Assembly: GCA_963774265.1 (NCBI GenBank)
Contig: CAVZDU010000009.1
Span: forward strand, 64,001 to 128,000
Reading direction: 5' to 3'
DNA from: an uncultured Chloroflexia bacterium
GTDB lineage: Bacteria; Chloroflexota; Anaerolineae; CG2-30-64-16
Length of the DNA stretch: 64,000 nucleotides
Shown: positions 10,322 to 19,378 of the stretch, piece by piece
Position numbering within the stretch: the stretch's first letter is position 1
How the letters are laid out: every line of letters starts with the position of its first letter
Made by a program: the position numbers and the translations under genes
Notes under the pieces: generated by a model
The model's input: only the letters and a program-made list of their open reading frames with translations
Database searches by the model: none
What the model was told of the DNA's origin: nothing

Positions 10322-11276
10322 CTAGAGTTCGCCGATGTGCCGTTCCCACATCCAGCGCGCGAGCGCCGCGCCGTCAGCCAGGATGCCATGCCGCCTGAAG
10401 TACTGGCACAGCCGGACCAGATCTCTCTCGAACAACGGGAATGCCGCCGGGTGTGCGAGCGGGTCGACCGACTGCGGAAAGTCGATGATCCGATAGTCCC
10501 CCTGCCAGTAGAGCACGTTGAACGCCGATAGATCCGCGTGCACCCGCCCGTGGCTCAACATCGTCTCCACGTCTGCCATCAGCGCATCGAAGAGCCGTTG
10601 CGCGTCGGCCCGTGCCAGGGTAACCCCTTGCAATGTAGGAGCCGGGTGCTTCAGGTCGCCGAAGTACTCCATCAGCACCGTGTTGTTCGCGAACGCGATG
10701 GGCTCCGGCACCTTCACTCCAGCCGCATATAACACCTGCAGCGACACGTATTCGTGCGCCAACCACGACACGTGTTCTATTTCCTTGCCCTTCCGCGTGC
10801 CCGCCTTGATCGCAACCAGCGCCCGGCGGTCGCGGACTGCCTGCCCGCGTGCGCCGAGCACCTCCCGGCCTTGTCGGTACAACGCATCGTTCCGCAGATT
10901 ACGAAACTGTCGCGGACGATAAACCTTGGCTGCGACCAGATCGCCTTGTGCGGCCCCGCCGCCACGGCAGCAGTACACGTTGGCTTCTTTCCCACCCTTG
11001 ACCTTGCGCAGCACGTCCGCGATCAAGCGGCGGTCGTAGAACGGTCCCAGGTAAGTCAAGATCCAGACGCGCTCGTATCGCGAGGAGCTGAACGTCGGGT
11101 TGAACGCGCTTGCCTGGGCTTCCGGGTCTTCCGCATGCGCGAGGTATCTCGTCTATCACGACGTGATCGGTCAACGATTCTGCCCGCGCCAGGTGGAGCT
11201 TGCCGGCTTTCGGCCTGTGGGTGCGATGCGGATCGAAATCCTCATCCAGCCAGTCGTCAATTCGATAACGAGCCAC
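10322..11276 (-). CDS. RIO1 family kinase/ATPase (frameshift near 11150)
   Basis: KGGKEANVYCC, AAKVYRP, VHADLSAFNVL, IIDFPQSVD; GTG start after GAGG. Confidence 0.9.
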
Positions 11277-11295
11277 AGTAGCAACCTCATCAGAG

Positions 11296-11335
11296 TTAAA
11301 AAGGCGGCCGCAAGCTCTCATGCGCTTGCGGCCGC
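11296..11335 (-). terminator. Intrinsic terminator in the RIO kinase leader
   Basis: Perfect 12-bp stem GCGGCCGCAAGC/GCTTGCGGCCGC followed by CTTTTT on the minus strand, 20 nt before the kinase start. Confidence 0.8.
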
Positions 11336-11369
11336 GCGGTTTACGATGGTCTCGTCAGGACAAACTGAC

Positions 11370-11450
11370 CTACACCGCTGTTCCGGAGCGCGCACGAGGG
11401 CCCGTATTGGACGAAGCACCTGCCACTACATAGCCGGGTATGGTCACCAT
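11370..11450 (-). CDS. Putative 26-aa leader peptide MVTIPGYVVAGASSNTGPRARSGTAV
   Basis: ATG..TAG between promoter and terminator; GGAGAGGAGG ends 12 nt upstream. Confidence 0.5.
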   Translation of the reverse strand: MVTIPGYVVAGASSNTGPRARSGTAV

Positions 11451-11495
11451 AGGCTTCGTGCGCCTCCTCTCCTGGATGAATGACTTTCGGTCGAT

Positions 11496-11524
11496 ACAGT
11501 ATCACACGTGGTGTGACCTGTCAA
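11496..11524 (-). promoter_or_regulatory. Sigma70-type promoter for the leader/RIO kinase
   Basis: TTGACA-17 nt-TACTGT with extended -10 TG. Confidence 0.65.
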
Positions 11525-11573
11525 GGAAAAACTGCCGGCGGTCTGGACGCGGTATTCCCATTGGGTTTCAACG

Positions 11574-11843
11574 CTACACCTCGTCATGGCTGCCGACATC
11601 GAGCAGGATGATCTCTTTCTCCGTGACCTGCAGCGTGAAGGTGATGCGATAGTTGTAGGTTACGCTGACCGCCGGGATGCCCTTGAGGTTGCCGCCAAAC
11701 AGATGATATTTCAGGTGCGGCTGAAAGGGATCCTCCTCCAGGTCGCGCAAGACCGCAACGAAACGCTCCTGGAGCTCCGGATGCTGCTGCACGAACTTCT
11801 TGGCTGCGCGAACGAACGCGGCTGTCCAAACAACTTCATACAT
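11574..11843 (-). CDS. RelE/YafQ-superfamily mRNA interferase toxin
   Basis: 89 aa; DPFQPHLKYH, YRITF, IILLDVGSHDEV. Confidence 0.85.
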   Translation of the reverse strand: MYEVVWTAAFVRAAKKFVQQHPELQERFVAVLRDLEEDPFQPHLKYHLFGGNLKGIPAVSVTYNYRITFTLQVTEKEIILLDVGSHDEV

Positions 11844-11846
11844 GCA

Positions 11847-12117
11847 TCACTCCGCCAGATTCAGTTCGCGCAACAGGTCCTCCACGGTGCCTCGCTTCAC
11901 CCTCCCCGCCTTCAGGTCTTCAAGAGAGGCCAGTACCGCGCGCTTCGTAGGCCTCTTCCTGCACCTCGAGCAACTGCTGATAACGTTCCTGGGACAAGAC
12001 AACGTACTGCGGCCGGTTATCGCGGATGATGTGTACATCGCCCTTGGCGAGCAGCTCGTCCACCGCGCCGATCCCGCGACGCTTGATCTCTTGAGCTGGT
12101 ATGGTGTTGATGGCCAC
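11847..12117 (-). CDS. Phd/YefM family antitoxin (frameshift near 11935)
   Basis: NTIPAQEIKRRG..VHIIRDNRPQYVVLSQERYQQL, then ASLEDLKAGRVKRG; AGGAGG RBS. Confidence 0.85.
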
Positions 12118-12128
12118 ACGTTCCTCCT

Positions 12129-12190
12129 GGTACTGATTTGGGTACTGAAAAGATGCTATTTTTAGTACCACATTTCGTGCTGTCTGTCAA
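12129..12190 (-). promoter_or_regulatory. TA operon promoter and operator
   Basis: TTGACA(12190-12185)-17 nt-TACTAA; GGTACTGA at 12129 and 12141 plus inverted TAGTACC at 12163 overlapping the -10. Confidence 0.7.
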
Positions 12191-12202
12191 GCCAGAAAAC
12201 CA

Positions 12203-12392
12203 TCAGTAGGCTCGGGCGGCGCGTTCCATGTAGGTGTAGTCTTCGTCGACCGCGGTGACCCGAAAGTCGAGCTTCTCATAGAAGCTTCTCGCCGGGTTCA
12301 CCATACGAGCGCATGGTGCGGTCAATCACATCGTAAAAGAGCTGTGCGTCGTCGGCCGTGGACGGACGGAGTGTGATGGGCAGCGACATCAT
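12203..12392 (-). pseudogene. GNAT acetyltransferase relic with internal deletion
   Basis: N-terminus MSLPITLRPSTADDAQLFYDVIDRTMRSY joined out of frame to C-terminus VNPARSFYEKLDFRVT..YMER. Confidence 0.7.
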
Positions 12393-12470
12393 GGATGCAC
12401 TTTCCTCGCCCCCGGCTAGCCGTCGTCGGTCGCTTCGGCCGCGGCTGCAGCCGCGGCCCCGTACGCCCCC

Positions 12471-12683
12471 TCAAGCGGGCAGAGACCGCTCCCGCCGCGC
12501 GGACCGGCTGAGCGGACGCTTGGCCACCAGTGTGACCTTGCCGCTGTTCTCAGGCGGGAAGGCGCTCACCAGCTCCCACCCCTCTTCGCCCCACTCGTTC
12601 AAGATCGCATCGACCACCTCATCCTTGGTGTTGAAGAAGCTGCCGACGGTCTGGACGCGGTACTCCCATTGGGTTTCTGCCAT
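12471..12683 (-). CDS. DUF4177-like small protein
   Basis: QWEYRV..LNEWGEEGWELVS..KRP. Confidence 0.85.
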   Translation of the reverse strand: MAETQWEYRVQTVGSFFNTKDEVVDAILNEWGEEGWELVSAFPPENSGKVTLVAKRPLSRSARRERSLPA

Positions 12684-12715
12684 ACGGCCTCCTCACCCGC
12701 CGATCAGGCGTCGGG

Positions 12716-13652
12716 TTACGATGACCCCTTCCCTGTCTGCTGCGCCAGCGCCACCAGCCCCGGCATCGCGCCCAGGTTCATGCTGTCCACCGCGCTGCTG
12801 GGAACGATCACCATCGCGCCGCGCTCCTTCAAGCCCTCGAAGAGCATGTTCATCGCCCGCAGGTGCAACGCGGTGGGGTTGTTCACATACGCTTCGGCCG
12901 CCTCAGCGAAGCTGGACGCAATCTGCTTCTCAGACTCGCCCAGGATCACGCGCGCCTGGCGCTCGCGCTCGGCTTGCGCCTGCCGGCTCATCGCGTTTTC
13001 CAGATCCGCCGGGATCACCACGTCGCGGATCTCGACCGACTGCACCGTGATGCCCCACGGCGTGGTGCGCTCGTCGATGATCTTCTGAAGCTGGGCATCC
13101 ATCGTCGCGCGGCCCACCAGGATGTCGGCCAGGGACATCTGGCCGATGACCTCGCGCAGCGCGGTCTGGGCGGCCCACGCGATCGCCGTGCGGTAGTCCT
13201 GCACCTCGAGCGCGGCCTTCTGCGCATCCCACACCATCCAGAAAAGCACCGCGTCCACGTCCGTCGGCACGGTGTCCCGGGTCAGCGTCTTCTCTGCGTT
13301 GAACGGCGTCACCATTACCCGATGGTCGATCCACGATGAGGCCGTATCCACGATCGGGATGATCCAGAACAGGCCCGGCCCGCGCAGCCCATGGAACTTG
13401 CCCATCCGCAGGATCGACGGCCTTCTCCCACTGGCGGGCAATTTGCAGAGCGAACAGAAAATACACGCCGATCAGTATCAGCACGGTGACCGCGGCGGCA
13501 GTGATGCCGGCACTGACAGCCTGGCCGTCCAACCACACGGCCAGCCCGACGGCCGCGGCGATCCATAGGATGAAGATCACCAACGCAACGGCGTTCGGCC
13601 CGCGGCCCGCAGCCCGCGGCTCCAGGTTCTGTTTTTGCCATTTGGTAGCCAT
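12716..13652 (-). CDS. SPFH/stomatin (slipin) family protein (frameshift near 13418)
   Basis: QWEKAV, GPGLFWIIP, LTRDTVPTDVDAV, AQTALREVIG, WGITVQSVEIRDV, QAQAERERQA. Confidence 0.92.
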
Positions 13653-13672
13653 ACTTTCCTTCCTTTGTCGGG

Positions 13673-14089
13673 TTATGTCCCTTGCCCCTTTTCGCGGTCG
13701 TCCGTTTGGCGCGTCCAATCGCCAAATGCTGCCGTCCAGGCCGCGGCCACTTCAACCGGATCGTAACCCAGACGCTCGGCCTCGGCCAGCCACCCGGCCA
13801 TCAGCTGCACCAGGCGCGCCTCCCACGGTGCGCCTGGTTCGCCAGGCGGCGACAGCTCCACCACGAAGGTGCCGCGGCCCTGCTGCGTCGAGATGATCCG
13901 ATCTTCGTGCAGCAGGCGATAAGCCCGCGCGACGGTGTTGAAGTTGATCCGCAGCTCGGCCGCGACCTCACGCACGGTAGGGAGCTGCTCGCCCGGCGCC
14001 AACACGCCCGCGGCCACCTGCCCGCGCACCTGCTCCACGATCTGGCTGTAGATGGGAACCTTGCTCTGAAAATCCAGGCTAAGTTGCAT
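13673..14089 (-). CDS. GntR (YtrA subfamily) regulator
   Basis: PIYSQIVEQV..GEQLPTVREVA..INFNTVARAY..GRGTFV. Confidence 0.93.
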   Translation of the reverse strand: MQLSLDFQSKVPIYSQIVEQVRGQVAAGVLAPGEQLPTVREVAAELRINFNTVARAYRLLHEDRIISTQQGRGTFVVELSPPGEPGAPWEARLVQLMAGWLAEAERLGYDPVEVAAAWTAAFGDWTRQTDDREKGQGT

Positions 14090-14102
14090 TGGCCCATCTC
14101 AT

Positions 14103-14155
14103 TGAATGAATTGTATCAATGAATGAATTGTATCATGTGTTTGGGGATTTGTCAA
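14103..14155 (-). promoter_or_regulatory. gntR promoter with tandem 16-bp direct repeat operator
   Basis: TTGACA(14155-14150)-17 nt-TACAAT; TGAATGAATTGTATCA at 14103-14118 and 14120-14135. Confidence 0.8.
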
Positions 14156-14183
14156 GAGGAAAAATGCAGGGGAGGCCAGTCTC

Positions 14184-14381
14184 CTACAACCCTGCAAACT
14201 GGGTCGCGATGCGCTCGAGGGCTTCCTGCAGCACCGCGTCCGCGGTGAACATGGCAATCGTGTCATCATCGATGGTGTCGGCACCGAGCATCCCCGCGAG
14301 CAGCGGGCTAACGGCCCATTTCACGCTGTAGCTGTATTCTGCATGGCGGCGATCGATGATTTCGTCGAAATCGTAGTGCAT
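14184..14381 (-). pseudogene. PatB/MalY PLP-dependent C-S lyase relic with internal deletion
   Basis: MHYDFDEIIDRR..SVKW..IAMFTAD (N-terminus) fused directly to AVLQEALERI (C-terminus) in 65 aa. Confidence 0.72.
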
Positions 14382-14582
14382 CGTGATCCCCTTTCATCTG
14401 TCGTGCTGAGTGTAGCACAGGGAAATGAGTGACTCCAACCCGTTTCGGATCGCAGTTTTGGAGACCCGCCTACAGACCTCGCGTTGACTATTGATGCTTT
14501 AGTATTATATTAGTTTTATTATTGTACCGTTGTCAGATTAGCCAGCGACGACTGCGATACAGGATGGAAGGCATACGCCACA

Positions 14583-15995
14583 ATGACGCAGGGTTTCGAA
14601 ACCAGGCTTGACCCGAAGGCCTTCGATGAGCTTCGGGCACACGTGCGGGGTCCGCTCCTGCTCCCGGGCAATCCCGCCTACGATGAGTCACGCTCCATCT
14701 GGAATGCTATGATAGACCGGCGTCCGGCGCTCATCTTGCGCTGCGCCGGCGTTGCCGACGTCGTGGCGGGCGTGAACTTCACGCGCGAGCGTGGCCTCAG
14801 CCTGTCCATCAAAGGCGGCGGCCACAATATCTCCGGGCTAGCCGTAAGCGACGGAGGACTGATGCTCGACATGTCGCTCATGCGCGGCGTGTGGGTGGAT
14901 CCGGTCAGGCGTGTCGCTCGCGCCCAGGCCGGCTGCCTTCTGGGCGACCTGGATCGCGAGACCCAGGTCCACGGGCTTGCCGCTGTGCTGGGCTTCGTCT
15001 CCAACACGGGCATCGCGGGGCTCACGCTGGGCGGCGGGTTTGGTTACCTCACGCGCGGGTTCGGCTGGACGTGCGATAATCTTGAGTCAGTCGAGCTGGT
15101 CACGGCTGACGGGCGCCTGGTGACCGCGAGCGAGATAGAGAACAGCGACCTGTTTTGGGGCTTGCGCGGAGGCGGCGGCAATTTCGGGGTAGTAACGAGC
15201 TTTGAGTACAAGCTATACCCCGTCGGACCTGAGGTGATGGGCGGCTTAATCGCCTGGCATGCCGAGGATGCCCCTGACGTGCTTGAGATGGTCCGCACCT
15301 TCACCGAGCAGGCGCCGCCCGAACTGACCTGCGCTGCGATCCTGCGGATGGCACCGCCGGCACCCTGGCTGCCAAGAGAGATCCACGGCAAACCTATCGT
15401 CGCGCTGGTCGTTTGCCATTCGGGATCTCTTGAGACGGCAGCGAAGCAGGTGGCGCCGATGAAGGCCTTCGGCTCGCCGCTGGGCGACATCATCCAGCGG
15501 CGGTCCTACGTGTCGCAACAGAGCATCCTTGATGCAACCCAGCCGGCGGGTCGGCGCTACTACTGGAAGTCAGAGTACCTGCCGAGGCTCGAGCCCGAGA
15601 TGTTGAGCCAGGCCATCCAGCATGCCGGGCGCATCGTATCACCCCACTCGGCAATCGTCCTCTTCCCCATCGACGGACCGCTGAACCGGCTCCCTGCAGA
15701 CCACTCTCCGGCGGGCAACCGTGACGCGGTCAGCGTGCTCAACATCACTGCATCCTGGGAGCGGGCCGAGGACGACAGACCAAATATCCAATGGGCGCGT
15801 GCCGCATGGCAAGACATGCGCCGTTTCTCTACGGGTGGCACCTACGTGAATTTCCTGACGGAGGAAGAAGGGGTCGAACGTATTCGCGCCGCCTATGGAG
15901 GGAACTATGACCGGCTTGTCGAGGTCAAGGCAAGGTGGGATCCGGGGAACCTGTTCCGGATGAACAAAAACATTCCTACGACCTCATCAGGGTAG
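14583..15995 (+). CDS. FAD-binding oxidoreductase (berberine bridge enzyme-like)
   Basis: IKGGGHN, GIAGLTLGGG, DLFWGLRGGGGNFGVVT, YVNF..YGGNYDRL..WDPGNLFR. Confidence 0.93.
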   Translation: MTQGFETRLDPKAFDELRAHVRGPLLLPGNPAYDESRSIWNAMIDRRPALILRCAGVADVVAGVNFTRERGLSLSIKGGGHNISGLAVSDGGLMLDMSLMRGVWVDPVRRVARAQAGCLLGDLDRETQVHGLAAVLGFVSNTGIAGLTLGGGFGYLTRGFGWTCDNLESVELVTADGRLVTASEIENSDLFWGLRGGGGNFGVVTSFEYKLYPVGPEVMGGLIAWHAEDAPDVLEMVRTFTEQAPPELTCAAILRMAPPAPWLPREIHGKPIVALVVCHSGSLETAAKQVAPMKAFGSPLGDIIQRRSYVSQQSILDATQPAGRRYYWKSEYLPRLEPEMLSQAIQHAGRIVSPHSAIVLFPIDGPLNRLPADHSPAGNRDAVSVLNITASWERAEDDRPNIQWARAAWQDMRRFSTGGTYVNFLTEEEGVERIRAAYGGNYDRLVEVKARWDPGNLFRMNKNIPTTSSG

Positions 15996-16061
15996 ACCGC
16001 AAAGCCGAACACCACGTCATTCGCCGAACGGGCTGCTGCATCACTTCTGCCGCGGGGCGGA

Positions 16062-16986
16062 TCAGCCAGCCCGTTCGGCCAGGTACACGCACCACTCCGG
16101 CGCATCCTTGAGCGCGAGACCGTCCCACGCAGGATGCACGGTCATCTTCCCGAAACCCGCCTCGGCCAGCATCTCCCCGATCATCTCGACGGTGTACGCC
16201 TGGTCGGACAGTCCGTAGGACCTCATCTCGCCGGTCTCCAGGTTGAACACGTGGAACCGCTCGATGATGGCGCGCAGCTCGGGATCCCACGTGCGCTCGC
16301 CGAGGTGCAAGAACGGGAAATCGCCCCACAGGCCGCCCTGGTCGGTGTACCACCACGTGCTGTTCTGCTTATCGACTCGCGCGTCATCCAGGATCTCCAG
16401 CAGGAGCCTGGCGCCGGGCCGCAGGCCGGCGTGAATGCGCCGCAGCACGTCCAGCGATTCGTCCGGGCCGGAGCACGGTGAACTGGCCGTAGAGGTAGAT
16501 GGCCGCATCGAACCCGCGCCCCGAGAAATCCATCTGCCGCACATCGCCCTGGTGGATCTCGACGGGCAAGCCCGCGCACAACTCGCGCGCGTAGCGGACG
16601 GAGGCCGGACCGAAGTCGATGCCGGTGACCGCGACGCCCCGCCGCGCAAACTCAGCCGCATACAACCCCGGCCCACACGTTATATCGAATAGCCGGCTTC
16701 CCTCGCCCAGGGCCAGCCAGTCCGTCATGATCTGCACCAGGGCGCGCACCTCCGGCAGGCGGCGCGTGGCTGCGCCGTGGCTCTGGTCCAGGTGCTCGGC
16801 CAGCATGCGCTCGCTGAACTCCGGCTCATCCCACGGCAGGTTCCCCCCATCCCGCCAGGGGACGGGGGGTTGGGGTCGATCGTAAAGGGATTGCAGCGCC
16901 GCGGCAAGTCGTTCCGCGGCAGAAGGGGTATAAGACCTTCGAGGACTAGCGGTCCTCGAAGGTCGGTCAGTCGTTGCAGGAGGCAC
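16062..16986 (-). CDS. Class I SAM-dependent methyltransferase (frameshift near 16470)
   Basis: LPWDEPEFSERMLAEHL, LFDITCGPGLYA, GIDFGP, QGDVRQ; GTG overlaps the upstream TAG. Confidence 0.85.
16934..16964. repeat. REP-like perfect hairpin inside the methyltransferase 5' coding region
   Basis: GACCTTCGAGGAC-TAGCG-GTCCTCGAAGGTC, 13-bp stem. Confidence 0.65.
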
Positions 16987-18147
16987 TAGCGCTCCGGCTC
17001 GGCGGCCGGCGCGTCCGGATCCAGTACAGGCGGCGCCGGCTCGGGATCTGGCTCCGGCACGAACGGAGCTAAGTCGGGCTCCGCCTCTGGCACGAAGGGC
17101 GCCAGGTCCGGGATCTGCCTCCGGGACAAGAGGCGCCGGGTCCGGGCTCGGCTCCGGCACGATGGGCTCCGGCTCGGGTGCAGGCGGCAACGTGGGCCGG
17201 GTCACCTGCCGGTAGGCCAGCGTCCATGCGCTGGATGTGAAGACCTTGTACAGCCCACCGATCAGGCTCAGCGGGATGAGCATGATGATCAGGAAGATGG
17301 GCAGTCCCACCGCAACCGCCCACGGCACGGATCGGGTCGCCTCGTGGACTACATATCCCAGACCACCCCCCAGCCCGGCGGACAGCGCGATAACGGCCAG
17401 CACGATGGGGATCATTAGCAGGCCGAACCCGATGCCGATGCCCAGCATCACCAACCACATGCCGCCGATGTCGCGAACGCGGCTGCGCACGAGCGCGTAG
17501 CCCGAGCTCAGCGCATCTCCGATGCCCCTGTCCGCCAGCAGCACCTCCCGGGACCAGAACTCCTGGAGCACAGACAGGATGATCGCCACGACAATGAGCA
17601 CCAGGAGAACCAGCAGGCCGAGCATGACGGTCAGCACAATGCCGACGACGCGGCCGCCGTCGGTGTTGGTGAGCAGAAGCAACAGCGGCGCGGCTGCCAG
17701 CAGGAGCAACACGAGCGCGCCAAGCCCGACGATGATCCCGACGATCAGCTCGAGCAGCCACAAGCGAAAAGTGCGATGGGTCCAGCCCAGCCGCAGGGCT
17801 TCCCGCCACGTGGGCGCGGCCCCCGTCTCCTCGATCTGGTCGACGCTGCGGATCAGGGCCGCGCGCGACACGAACTGGACGATGGCGGACGCGATCACAA
17901 CAAGGAAAAGCAGGCAGCAGCACAAGGCCACAATCCCCACCAGCCTCTCCGGCCGCAGAACGTCCCTAAGCCAGGGCATGTTCTGGAATTGCGGGCGATT
18001 GAAGTCGTTCCCGTTGAATCTGTAGCCGCTCCCGCCGCCTCCCCCGCCCCCTCCGCTGGTGAGCGCGATCAAGATGCCGAAGAGCCACAGCACCTTGTAG
18101 CGCCACACGATCGTCCACGCACGCTTGACAATGGCAATCTGATCCAT
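16986..18147 (-). CDS. Multi-pass membrane protein with Gly-rich loop and Pro/Glu-rich tail (frameshift near 17110)
   Basis: KRAWTIVWRYKVLWLFG, SGGGGGGGGSG, SSAWTLAY, PDLAPFVPE repeats ending at TAG 16988-16986. Confidence 0.8.
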
Positions 18148-18214
18148 GATCCCTCCTAAACGGTGATATCTCTCACAAACTACTACGCAGAACCGGGGTC
18201 GCTGGTTTCGGCCG

Positions 18215-19378
18215 CTAGAGCAGTGCGGTGTACCGCACCATCACCTGGGCAAACAGCGGCGAAGACGATGCGATGCCGGTGACTTCGGACGCGACCTTCT
18301 CGATGCCGTCCGCACTGATGCGCGCCTGGAGCGCTTGCGCGACAGGGTCGTCAGGGTGCGCGAACCGCAATCCGGCCGCGATGCCGGTGACGAGGTGGAC
18401 GGGCGTGACGCCCTGCGCCAGCGCGTTGACGGCCGCGCCGGCCAGCCGGTCGCCCGGACTGAGCTTGCGCAACGGGTCGCGGCCGAGGCGCAGGATCGTA
18501 TCGCCCAGCGCCCGGTTGCCGAACCGGTGCAACAGGTCGTCGATGTTGGCGAGCAGCGCGCCCTGGGGCGGTCGGAATTTGCGCGTCAGGGCCAGCGCAG
18601 ATTCTTCCATCGCGCCCCGCGCCTGGAAGTAGATCTCGTCATCCGCGAGCGCCTCATAACCGTACTCGAGACCCCTCAGATAACCGAGATAGCCGAGGGT
18701 GGCATGGCCCGCGTTGTGGATGTACAGCTTGCGCTCGGTGAAGAAGGCGAAGGGAGCATACGGAATCATGCCGGCGATGGTCGGAATAGGCCCGACGAAT
18801 GCATCCCGGTCGACCGGCAGCTCCTTGTATGGCTCGACGAGGATCAGGCTGGGGTCTTCGGCGCGCAGCTCAGGCGTGAGCGGCGGCACCATGCGCGCAA
18901 TGACCGTGTCGACGAATCCGATGTGCCCGGCCACGAACGCGTGTAGCGCCTGGGGCAGGTGCGACAGCACCATGCCGCGAAAGATTTGGGCCGCGCCGTG
19001 GAGATTCTCACACAGGATCAGGTTGAAAGGTTCGTGGTTGCCGATCTCCGCGCGGCGGCTGATGCCCCGCGCCACCACGGGCGCGATATGCTTCAAGACG
19101 CCTGCGCCAACGGCCGTCGCGCCGACTTCGGCGCGGGCCAGTACGTCGGCCACCGCGTCGACCTCGCCGCTGTGCAGCGCGGTCACCGGCCCGACCTGCA
19201 CCTCTTCCGTCCGCTCGTTGGTGACCAGGCGGATGGTGTAGCTTCGCCGTGCGTTGAGCGCGTCGAGCAACGTCCGGTCCACGTCAGCAAAGGTGACCGC
19301 GTAACCCGACTCGCTGAAGAGCTGGCCCATAAACCCGCGGCCGATATTGCCCGCGCCGAAAATGATTGCCTGTTTCAT
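18215..19378 (-). CDS. mtlD: Mannitol-1-phosphate 5-dehydrogenase family protein
   Basis: FGAGNIGRGF, LILCEN, ERKLYIHNAGHA, HRFGN..LGDTILRLGRDPLRKL. Confidence 0.88.
   Translation of the reverse strand: MKQAIIFGAGNIGRGFMGQLFSESGYAVTFADVDRTLLDALNARRSYTIRLVTNERTEEVQVGPVTALHSGEVDAVADVLARAEVGATAVGAGVLKHIAPVVARGISRRAEIGNHEPFNLILCENLHGAAQIFRGMVLSHLPQALHAFVAGHIGFVDTVIARMVPPLTPELRAEDPSLILVEPYKELPVDRDAFVGPIPTIAGMIPYAPFAFFTERKLYIHNAGHATLGYLGYLRGLEYGYEALADDEIYFQARGAMEESALALTRKFRPPQGALLANIDDLLHRFGNRALGDTILRLGRDPLRKLSPGDRLAGAAVNALAQGVTPVHLVTGIAAGLRFAHPDDPVAQALQARISADGIEKVASEVTGIASSSPLFAQVMVRYTALL

Noticed and set aside
16384-18147. 587-aa ORF suggesting a membrane protein-methyltransferase fusion
   Set aside because: The Pro/Glu tail continues in another frame to TAG at 16988-16986, which overlaps a GTG start; the fusion comes from one indel near 17110
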